From the IMG/VR virus record IMGVR_UViG_3300037634_002773, positions 1 to 56,662 of that record: a DNA stretch of 56,662 nucleotides, one strand, 5' to 3'. The notes beneath the pieces are model-generated. The model was not told the DNA's origin and searched no databases. It worked only from the letters and a program-made list of their open reading frames with translations. The translations under genes were made by a program, and so were the position numbers. The stretch is from a virus. Taxonomy: Duplodnaviria > Caudoviricetes. Shown piece after piece: positions 1-7,765 of this stretch. The stretch's first letter is position 1; every line of letters starts with the position of its first letter.

Positions 1-127
1 ATATTCTCTTCGTGACGACTGACGACTCCCCTGTAGGTCGGTAATACTACCACTTGAGCCTTCTTGGTTGCTCGTCTAATACTCTTCGTTTCTTTTATCG
101 TTTTACCGAAGAGACTATTGAAGGCAT
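1..127. repeat. Terminal overlap identical to 56536-56662 (circular assembly)
   Basis: The first 127 nt match the last 127 nt exactly; an ORF reads through the junction. Confidence 0.97.
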
Positions 128-290
128 TGTCGATAGTGGTATCGTCACAAGGCTCAATCTCTTCCTCTTCGGTCTCCCCTTCTTCTAGGTCAATCCAATA
201 CTCACGTTCCTCGTCGGACATATAAGTATCACTTGCATTATCGACGAACTGCACGTCGGTTTCTATTGAGGTCATAATATAATCTTCCAT
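1..290 (-). CDS. First early gene, 109 aa, acidic N-half and basic C-half; wraps the junction and stops at 56496
   Basis: GAAAGGA SD before ATG at 290; reads MEDYIMTSIETDVQFVDNASDTYMSDEEREYWIDLEEGETEEEE...NHFNRGIK* across the junction; TAATG-coupled to the next gene; absent from the ORF track. Confidence 0.8.
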   Translation of the reverse strand, partial: MEDYIMTSIETDVQFVDNASDTYMSDEEREYWIDLEEGETEEEEIEPCDDTTIDNAFNSLFGKTIKETKSIRRATKKAQVVVLPTYRGVVSRHEEN

Positions 291-332
291 TTCGTTTTCC
301 TTTCGGTTTAGTGTTCGTTTTCGTGTTATTTG

Positions 333-383
333 TTGAAGGTGGCGAGGGAGTCGAACCCTCAATACTGCTCTACCATACCACCC
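333..383 (-). ncRNA. tRNA-like element (acceptor stem plus T-arm, no anticodon arm)
   Basis: Minus strand GGGTGGT-ATGGTAGAGCAGTATT-GAGGG TTCGACT CCCTC-GCCACCT-TCAA: 7-bp acceptor stem, 5-bp T-stem and canonical TTCGA loop. Confidence 0.6.
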
Positions 384-857
384 TTCTCTTCTCTTCGGAA
401 TACCCTTCCTGCATATCCCTGCAATAGACTAGAATGATTAAGCAATTATTAGTTTGGCTTCGGTGATGCAGGGGAAATTCATTATCCATCATATCCTCGT
501 TGTGCTTCTCGTCTTGAACTCCCTTCGTCTCAGGAGGTCATCCACTCTTCTCTTCTCGTCGTAAATGGTCTATGACTACTTTATCCCACTACTCCTCGGT
601 ATTGTCTGTTTATAACAGCCCCTTACATACCTACATTCTCTTCTATTCTCTGACCTTTATCCGATGGTGACTTTCAGCCCATGTCACCTAGTTCAGCTCG
701 GCATCTCCATTTCTCTTGAGGAGGGAGTATCAATTCTATCGAGGGTCTCCCCTTCTGTATGTACTCACCTCAATTACTCTGGTGATGTTGTCCACATGAT
801 TAGTTGTGTTATGTCAAAAAGCAAATATATTTAATCAGTTACTGCATCGATGCCATA

Positions 858-946
858 AATATAAGCACATAACATAGGTAACATACAACACATATATTTG
901 TTCCTCGATATGAAAATAATTATAATCGGTGGCTCAAACTAGCAAA
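858..946 (-). promoter_or_regulatory. Candidate tandem leftward early promoters
   Basis: Minus-strand TTTGCT-N16-TATAAT (946-919) and a second TATATT box (863-858) in AT-rich DNA upstream of the early arm. Confidence 0.4.
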
Positions 947-1424
947 ACAAGTAAGGATTGGTACATATAATAGTAGATAATAATGGTAAATGATACCGAT
1001 CACCGAGGGGACTAGGATTATATGCAGATCAAAAGATAGCAGTATAGCGACGAGGATCGCCTCAAATCATGGTGGATCTCGCCTCAATCAATTCTTATAT
1101 ACTATATACAGTGATACACTAGATGGTAATGGTATCCGATACCTGTATAGACTAACCGAGGACTGCACCAAATGGTATCTAATAATGATAGTAGTAACAA
1201 GTAGCGACGAGAAACTAGGTTGATATCTTACAGGTTGGTGACCATCGTCCCCTTCTCTACGTGTACAGGCTACCGACGGACACCGATGGGAGCAAATGGT
1301 CACCGAGGAGGATAACGTGCAGAAAAAAAACAAAGATAACGGAATCGCAAAACCGAAAAACCCTCGACGCCCCGCCCCCTTTAGGTTATTGGACGCGTAT
1401 TGTTTTGTACCATTTTTTTTAGGT

Positions 1425-1456
1425 TTTGTACTTTTGTAAACAATCCTTAACTTACC
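1425..1456 (+). promoter_or_regulatory. Candidate late promoter TTTGTA-N17-TAACTT(ACC)
   Basis: Lies just before the first plus-strand SD and ATG; TAACTTACC recurs before the scaffold/capsid genes. Confidence 0.45.
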
Positions 1457-1481
1457 CTAATTAATTAAAGGAGACATACAC

Positions 1482-1631
1482 ATGCCAGCAAACAAGCCGT
1501 ATCCAGGCGAGAATCCAGTAACTGCACAAAAGAGAATAGCCAAGAATAAGGTTAAGAAGGTTGATTCTAAGACTAAGTCCGACATGATGGCCGCAAATAT
1601 ATCCAGTACAATCAAGAACATGGGATACTAG
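1482..1631 (+). CDS. Small basic protein, 49 aa
   Basis: AAGGAG SD; MPANKPYPGENPVTAQKRIAKNKVKK...NMGY*. Confidence 0.7.
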   Translation: MPANKPYPGENPVTAQKRIAKNKVKKVDSKTKSDMMAANISSTIKNMGY

Positions 1632-1727
1632 GGGGATACAAGGGGGATCTATCCCCCATGCAAGGGGCTTAGTAAGGGGCTTATAGAGCCCCATAAGTAT
1701 AAGTATAGGTATAAGTAATAAGGTATA
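1630..1727. repeat. Iteron-like array, inverted near-copy of 49147-49240
   Basis: AGGGGGATACAAGGGGGAT (1630-1648) is the reverse complement of 49221-49239; TAAGTATAAGTA and GGTATAAGTAATA are also shared. Confidence 0.85.
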
Positions 1728-1769
1728 CGGGTATACCGCGAAGTTTAAAATAAAAAAGGGGGTATCACA

Positions 1770-1910
1770 TTGATTGAAGCAATTGTACTATCAACCCTAC
1801 TAAGTGTAGAGCCAGCGTTTCAAGACTACGAGCCAGAAGTTAAGCTTGAGAGGAAGCGCTCGCATAAACGTAGGCGGAAAATAAGAAAACCAGTTAAAGG
1901 GCTCAGATGA
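1770..1910 (+). CDS. Small protein, 46 aa, hydrophobic N-terminus and Arg/Lys-rich C-terminus
   Basis: AAGGGGG SD, TTG start, ATGA overlap with the next gene; MIEAIVLSTLLSVEP...RKRSHKRRRKIRKPVKGLR*. Confidence 0.55.
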   Translation: MIEAIVLSTLLSVEPAFQDYEPEVKLERKRSHKRRRKIRKPVKGLR

Positions 1911-2632
1911 GAACCTATAAAGTTAAAGGAGAGGATCATCACATATATGATCTAGAGTCTGAGCTCCCAGACGACATACACCCTATAGAAAATTGGCGCG
2001 ACGGTTACCCAGGGGATTGGGTTCGTGCTGATGATAATGCTTATGTGCAGATCTTAGAAAGAAAGAAGATTGGCAAGGGGGAGAGTGTGCGCACATGTGT
2101 CGGAACCTACATGGTGGCGCAAACCATGGATACCGCTGAAAGAGATAGTCGCTACACAATAAACGGAAAGCTTGACTCAAATACCGTTAAAGAGCGCAAA
2201 AAGCCCACAGATAAGGAGGTAATCTTCGCCAGTAAGGTAGTTAGAGGGGCAGACGCAGTTAAGGCCTACATGGAGGTATATAATGCAAACAGTAAAGATT
2301 ATGCTAAAAGGCGCTCTGCGCTACTTTTAAAAACAGAAAGGATAAATACACTAATGAATCCAACCAAAGAAGAATTAACTGAGGTCTTTGCAAGCCTAGA
2401 CGTAGATCTGAAGTTCTTAATACGAGAAGCAAAAGACCAGGTCGTAGATGGAAAGAACGGTAGCGATAAGATGAACGCACTTAAGATGTTATGGGAAGCC
2501 TTTGGGGTTGTTACTCAGAAGAAAGTTACTGAAGTAGCGGGCATATTCCAAGGATTTGAACCAGCCCAATTAAAAGAAGTAAAAAGACCGTCATTGCCAG
2601 AGCATCAAACAACTGGCGATGAGCCTATTTAA
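1907..2632 (+). CDS. Probable terminase small subunit with an N-terminal extra domain
   Basis: Directly upstream of and coupled to TerL; TerS-like helical segment (FASKVVRGADAVKAYMEVY...ALLLKTERI). Confidence 0.65.
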   Translation: MRTYKVKGEDHHIYDLESELPDDIHPIENWRDGYPGDWVRADDNAYVQILERKKIGKGESVRTCVGTYMVAQTMDTAERDSRYTINGKLDSNTVKERKKPTDKEVIFASKVVRGADAVKAYMEVYNANSKDYAKRRSALLLKTERINTLMNPTKEELTEVFASLDVDLKFLIREAKDQVVDGKNGSDKMNALKMLWEAFGVVTQKKVTEVAGIFQGFEPAQLKEVKRPSLPEHQTTGDEPI

Positions 2633-4197
2633 TGGCCAATATAAACACCAAAAACGTCTCAGAAGCAGAAGAACTACTACTGGCAGCCAAGAATGATATA
2701 ATTGCGTTTGGTAAGCTGTTTTTAGCAGATGATTTCTCAAGATCTGAGACCCCATGGTTTCACTATGAGATAGTAGACGCGGTAGATGAGATGGATGGAG
2801 AATTACATAAATATCGCAATCTTGCAATTATTATGCCAAGGGGCCACGGTAAGACCGTTATAACCAAGGCTGACATTATGAGATCCTTTTGCTTTGCAGA
2901 GGAGCCGCTATTTTATGGATGGGTATCAGCAACCCAGAAGTTGGCTGTTGGCAACATGGACTATATTAAAACTCATTTAGAGTTCAATGAAAAAATTAAG
3001 TACTACTTCGGGGACATGAAAGGAAGAAAATGGACAGAGCAAGATATAGAGCTTAAAAATGGATGCAAACTTATTTCAAAATCCAATATTTCTGGTATTC
3101 GTGGTGGTGCTAAGCTCCATAAGCGGTATGATCTTGTTGTATTGGACGACTTTGAAGACGAAAACAATACACTTACTTCAGAGTCTAGGTCTAAAAATGC
3201 AAATATGGTCACAGCTGTTGTTGCTCCTGCTTTGGAGCCTCACGACGGTAGGTTGCGCATTAATGGTACGCCTGTTCATTACGATTCATTCATCAATAAC
3301 CTCATTACTAACTATCAAAAATCTCAAAGCGAAAATAAAGACTTTTCTTGGAAAGTGATGCTCTATAAGGCAATACAAGAAGATCAAGCGCTTTGGCACA
3401 GTTGGTTTCCACTTACAAAGCTGACTGAGAAAAAGAAGTTCTACGTAGACTCTGGAAAACCTCATAAGTTCTACCAAGAGTATATGATGGAGGTTCAATC
3501 TGCTGAAGACTCTATCTTTAATATGAGACATGTTAAATACTGGGATGGGTTTTATAAGTTTGATGAGAATGAGATGATGCCATACTTGTACTGTGAGGGA
3601 GAAAAAATACCAGTTAATATCTTTGCTGGCGTAGATCCAGCCACAGACTCAGAGAGAAGAGATAGTGATTATAGTGTTATTATGATAGTTGCATGCGATA
3701 TTAATGCTAATATATACGTGCTGGATTATGTAAGAAAGAGATCTTTACCAGTACTTGGGATACCAGGTGAAAACAAAAAGGGGATAGTTGACCATATGTT
3801 TGATCTTAACGCCAAGTATAATCCAACTCTGTTTACAGTTGAAGATACTTCAATGTCAAAGCCAATATTTCAAGCACTCAGGAGCGAGATGAGAAGAAAG
3901 AATGATTTTAGCTTACGTTTCAAAGAAGAACTACCTGGAACTAAGCAGAGCAAGCTTGATAGAATACAGGGAGTATTAGCTCAAAGAATGTCAATTGGTG
4001 CGGTGAGGATACGAGACTCCCACTATGACCTTCAACATGAGATACTTACTTTCGGCAAAAGAATGGCTCACGATGACACTATAGATGCTCTCGCTTATGC
4101 GGTTAAGTATGCCCATCCACCAAATGGTTCTGAAAATCAGTCTGGAGACTGGATAAGAAGACAAATTGATAGACCAAAAAGCTGGGTATTAGCCTGA
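2632..4197 (+). CDS. terL: Terminase large subunit
   Basis: Walker A PRGHGKT, Walker B LVVLDD, RNase H-like nuclease motifs GVDPA and HDDTIDALAYA. Confidence 0.95.
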   Translation: MANINTKNVSEAEELLLAAKNDIIAFGKLFLADDFSRSETPWFHYEIVDAVDEMDGELHKYRNLAIIMPRGHGKTVITKADIMRSFCFAEEPLFYGWVSATQKLAVGNMDYIKTHLEFNEKIKYYFGDMKGRKWTEQDIELKNGCKLISKSNISGIRGGAKLHKRYDLVVLDDFEDENNTLTSESRSKNANMVTAVVAPALEPHDGRLRINGTPVHYDSFINNLITNYQKSQSENKDFSWKVMLYKAIQEDQALWHSWFPLTKLTEKKKFYVDSGKPHKFYQEYMMEVQSAEDSIFNMRHVKYWDGFYKFDENEMMPYLYCEGEKIPVNIFAGVDPATDSERRDSDYSVIMIVACDINANIYVLDYVRKRSLPVLGIPGENKKGIVDHMFDLNAKYNPTLFTVEDTSMSKPIFQALRSEMRRKNDFSLRFKEELPGTKQSKLDRIQGVLAQRMSIGAVRIRDSHYDLQHEILTFGKRMAHDDTIDALAYAVKYAHPPNGSENQSGDWIRRQIDRPKSWVLA

Positions 4198-4517
4198 TGG
4201 CTGACAAAGGCGGTGCACGATCTTTTAAGGGCGAGGTGATCGGAGGAGATTCTTTTTCTGTCACTTTGAATTTTAAGTGGTTATTGCAGATAATAGCAGC
4301 CACAGCAATAGTAGTCTATTCCTTCTGGCAATTAGAGTCTAGAATACAAGAATTGGAAAGAAATATGGATCTTGCCCTGCAAGAAATAGAGCTACATGAT
4401 CAGGAAAGGAAGGCGGCAGAGCAGGAGCATATTCAGTCAATGCAAGAGCAGATGGACTGGTATCAAAGAGAGTTAAATTTAAATCCATTTAGTTGGGGCA
4501 AAAAGAAAGGGAAATAA
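4197..4517 (+). CDS. Single-TM coiled-coil protein
   Basis: Hydrophobic WLLQIIAATAIVVYSFW followed by a coiled coil; coupled on both sides. Confidence 0.75.
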   Translation: MADKGGARSFKGEVIGGDSFSVTLNFKWLLQIIAATAIVVYSFWQLESRIQELERNMDLALQEIELHDQERKAAEQEHIQSMQEQMDWYQRELNLNPFSWGKKKGK

Positions 4518-6796
4518 TGGCAAAGCAGACAGCAAAAACAAAGGCTGATAGGGTAAGAGATCTCTATATTAATCTAAATGGTGCAAGCCGCCAGCGATGG
4601 GAAAAGGTCAATCAACAAGGGCACGATTTTTACTTAGACAATCAGCTTACTCAAGAGGAAAACGAAACTCTTGAAAGGCAGGGAATGCCAACATTTACTA
4701 TTAATCGTATTATTCCTATTGTAGAAATGTTAAACTTTTATGTTACTGCAAATCAGCCAAGATGGCAGGCGATTGGAGCAGAGGGTTCTGATATAGATGT
4801 TGCCAATGTTCACGCTGATGTTGCTGACTATATTTGGTATGAGAGTGATGGTCAGAGTAAGTTCAGCCAGGTTATTAATGACGCGGCAACAAAGAGTGTT
4901 GGGTATTTTAAGGTGTCGGTTGATGCCCACTCTGATAGGGGCCTCGGAGAAGTAAGGGTAGATACGGTTGAGCCGTTTGATATCTTTATTGATCCAAAGA
5001 GTAGGGATATATTCTATCGTGATGCTGCCTATATAATGGTTCATAAGGTTATTCCCCAGTCACACCTTCAAAAAATATTCCCAGAGTATGCAACTAAAAT
5101 TAAGAATGCTGGTGCGGCAGAGAGTGATAATTATAGCTATAGTCAAAAGGCTGAGGGCGGTGATTTCCAGTATAAGGATGTGATTGATGAGACATTTGAT
5201 TATTTTGGAGAAGAAGACCGCAGGCTTGACTATTTTGAGATGTATGAAAAGATTAAAATTGCGTATATGAACGTATTCTATCGCATAGAGCCAACCCCTG
5301 AAGAAATTAGCAAAATACGTGCTCAGGTCGATGTGGAAATGGAGGCCATTGAAAAAGAAATGCAAGTAAAGGTGCAGGAGACCATATTGCAGCTCAACCA
5401 GCAGTTAGAGTCTGGCAATATAATAGAAGAAAGATTTACTCTTGAAATAGAAAAGCTAGAGAAACAATCAGAGCAGCAAATTACTCAGACCAGAGAGCAG
5501 AAGATCTCTCAAGCTATGGAGGCGGTTAGTCGTGTAGAAAACAATGTAGTCTCTGAAAAAGAATTTAAAGTATTAATGAAGGGAGAGCTTAAAAACAGTC
5601 TTATAGATGCTATTAAGTTCTATGAAGCCAGAATTAAGTTGAGTTGTGTGATCGGTGACACTTTCATGTATGAAGCGGTGCTGCCAGGACTAGAATACCC
5701 AATAGTACCTATACACTATAAATGGACAGGGACTCCGTATCCTATGTCTGCAGTATCTCCACTGGTAGGGAAGCAGCAAGAGTTAAATAAAGCTCACCAG
5801 CTGATGATACACAATGCCTCATTAGGCTCCTCCCTAAGGTATATCTATCAGGAGGGAAGTATAGATGAAGACTACTGGGAACGTTATGCATCTGCTCCTG
5901 GCGCACTCTTACCAATAAGGCAGGGCTTTGAGGCTCCAAGTATTGTTCAACCAGCTCCAATCTCTACTGCATTTGCTAATATTGTAGAGCTTGGCAAGAC
6001 TGATATGGAGTACTTGGCTGGCATTTATTCTTCAATGCAGGGAGATATGAAGGCTCAGCATGATACATTTAAGGGCCTTATGGCAAACGATGAGTACGGA
6101 ACTCGTAGGGTTAAGACTTGGATGAAGAACTCAGTAGAGCCGTCATTACAACATTTAGGTGAGGTAGTCAGGGACTATGCGCAAGCTACCTATAAGTCAA
6201 ATAAAGTATTTAGAATAGTAGAGCCTAATAATCAGAAGGTTAAGGATGTTGAGGTTAACATTATTCAATATAACAAGTACGGTGATGCAATCGGGAAGTT
6301 TTTTGATTATGAAACAGCCAAGTTTGATGTTAGACTTATTGCTGGCTCAACAATGCCAGTCAATCGCTGGGCATACTTAAAAGAGTTAATGGAAATGTTA
6401 AAGCTTGGCATAGTAGATGATATAGCGGTACTTGCAGAGGCGGACATTAAAGACAAAGAACAGATTGCGCAAAGAAAAAGTAATCTTGCACAGATGCGTT
6501 CTGCTCTTGAAAGTGCTGAACAAGAGATTAAAGAGGGCAAGGGCACTATTGAAACCTTATCTAGACAGCTTGTTCAGGCAGGCATTAAAGATAAGACCAG
6601 AATGGCTGAGCATGATATGCGCAAACAGATACTTGATACAAGTGCGAAACTAAAGGGAGACACTGCTGCCGCAAGGGCAAACCAGGATCTCCAAAATGAA
6701 AGATCGAAGGACATGCAAAGAAACCAAGAGAAAGAGTTTAAACAACTCGTTCAAAATGGTTTGGCAGAAAAAAAAGAAGGTAATAACTTACCATAA
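4517..6796 (+). CDS. Portal protein, P22-like (start probably 4517)
   Basis: Position after TerL; P22-type motifs (PTFTINRIIP, EPFDIFIDP, YPIVP, QQELNK); C-terminal coiled coil; TAATG coupling. Confidence 0.9.
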   Translation: MAKQTAKTKADRVRDLYINLNGASRQRWEKVNQQGHDFYLDNQLTQEENETLERQGMPTFTINRIIPIVEMLNFYVTANQPRWQAIGAEGSDIDVANVHADVADYIWYESDGQSKFSQVINDAATKSVGYFKVSVDAHSDRGLGEVRVDTVEPFDIFIDPKSRDIFYRDAAYIMVHKVIPQSHLQKIFPEYATKIKNAGAAESDNYSYSQKAEGGDFQYKDVIDETFDYFGEEDRRLDYFEMYEKIKIAYMNVFYRIEPTPEEISKIRAQVDVEMEAIEKEMQVKVQETILQLNQQLESGNIIEERFTLEIEKLEKQSEQQITQTREQKISQAMEAVSRVENNVVSEKEFKVLMKGELKNSLIDAIKFYEARIKLSCVIGDTFMYEAVLPGLEYPIVPIHYKWTGTPYPMSAVSPLVGKQQELNKAHQLMIHNASLGSSLRYIYQEGSIDEDYWERYASAPGALLPIRQGFEAPSIVQPAPISTAFANIVELGKTDMEYLAGIYSSMQGDMKAQHDTFKGLMANDEYGTRRVKTWMKNSVEPSLQHLGEVVRDYAQATYKSNKVFRIVEPNNQKVKDVEVNIIQYNKYGDAIGKFFDYETAKFDVRLIAGSTMPVNRWAYLKELMEMLKLGIVDDIAVLAEADIKDKEQIAQRKSNLAQMRSALESAEQEIKEGKGTIETLSRQLVQAGIKDKTRMAEHDMRKQILDTSAKLKGDTAAARANQDLQNERSKDMQRNQEKEFKQLVQNGLAEKKEGNNLP
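6761..6792 (+). promoter_or_regulatory. Candidate late promoter TTGGCA-N17-TAACTT(ACC) for scaffold/capsid
   Basis: Same TAACTTACC as at 1448; lies 30 nt before the scaffold start. Confidence 0.45.
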
Positions 6797-6822
6797 TCGT
6801 AAATTAAAGGAAAATACGAAAA

Positions 6823-7722
6823 ATGACAAAAGAGAACGAAGGTAACTCCGAACAAGTTGTAGAAGAAGTAATGGATACAATGGTTGAGGACTCCAATGCA
6901 GACTTTTTTGACGCATTAGAAACGAAGGTTAATGGTGCAATACAGGATACCCCAGCGGAACAGGCTGTACAAGAGCCAGTTTCAGATCAGGTAACTCCAC
7001 AAGTGGACTCCAGTTCTAGGGAAGTGCCTCAAAATTCCAATTGGGAAGATGAGAGCAATCCGTACAAAGTACGGTACAGCGATTCATCACGCGAAAATAC
7101 AAAGAACAAGGCTGTGCTAGATAAGCTCAAACCCTATGAGTCTTTGATAGGCGTGTTGGAACAAGATGCTGAATTAGTAGATATAGTACGTGGTTATTTA
7201 GATAAAGGGACGAAGCCTGACATGAAACAATCGCTAGACCTTGGAGACGACTTTGTGTTTGATATGGATGAAGCTATATCAGATCCAGACTCAAAATCTG
7301 CTCAAGTATTTAATACTATAGTGGATAAGAGGGCCGATAGAAAAGTTGGCGATAGAATTGCAGCTGAAAGGCAAAATGCTAAACAGGCAGCACAGAAACG
7401 AAATATGCAGAGCCAAACTAAACAGTTTGTAGATGCAAATGGAATGAACAAAGACGAGTTCTCAGAACTTAGCAAATGGGCGCAGACTCATCAACTTTCT
7501 TGGGATGATATAAATTATCTTAAGAATCGCGATAAGGCAAACGCTAAGATTGCTAATAATTCTAAGCAACAAGTCTTAGATCAAATGAAAAATGTGCAGT
7601 CTATGCCAGCAACAGCCAGCGCAGCTGGAGGTGAAAATCCTGGAGATCGTGACCATAATGACTCTATATTCGACCTAATTCAGAAAGCAGATAATAATCT
7701 AGATAATGTATTTGGTGAGTAG
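6823..7722 (+). CDS. Capsid scaffolding protein
   Basis: Acidic helical protein between portal and capsid; RYSDSSRE motif. Confidence 0.75.
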   Translation: MTKENEGNSEQVVEEVMDTMVEDSNADFFDALETKVNGAIQDTPAEQAVQEPVSDQVTPQVDSSSREVPQNSNWEDESNPYKVRYSDSSRENTKNKAVLDKLKPYESLIGVLEQDAELVDIVRGYLDKGTKPDMKQSLDLGDDFVFDMDEAISDPDSKSAQVFNTIVDKRADRKVGDRIAAERQNAKQAAQKRNMQSQTKQFVDANGMNKDEFSELSKWAQTHQLSWDDINYLKNRDKANAKIANNSKQQVLDQMKNVQSMPATASAAGGENPGDRDHNDSIFDLIQKADNNLDNVFGE

Positions 7723-7765
7723 ATAGGTTTCTACTTACTAGGTCTAATATAAGGAGATCAGTAAA

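Noticed and set aside
333-383. Functional tRNA or tmRNA gene
   Set aside because: No anticodon arm, no tag-coding region, and the segment order does not fit permuted tmRNA; kept only as a tRNA-like element
515-545. Hammerhead-like CTGAGA-CGAA on the minus strand
   Set aside because: Lacks the CUGANGA spacing, stem II and GAAA core
990-1333. Track ORFs 990-1223 (+) and 1088-1333 (-)
   Set aside because: No SD, atypical composition, and located in a motif-rich region that is probably non-coding
1461-1694. Minus-strand 77-aa ORF
   Set aside because: Antisense to a plus ORF with a good SD and starts within the iteron-like array
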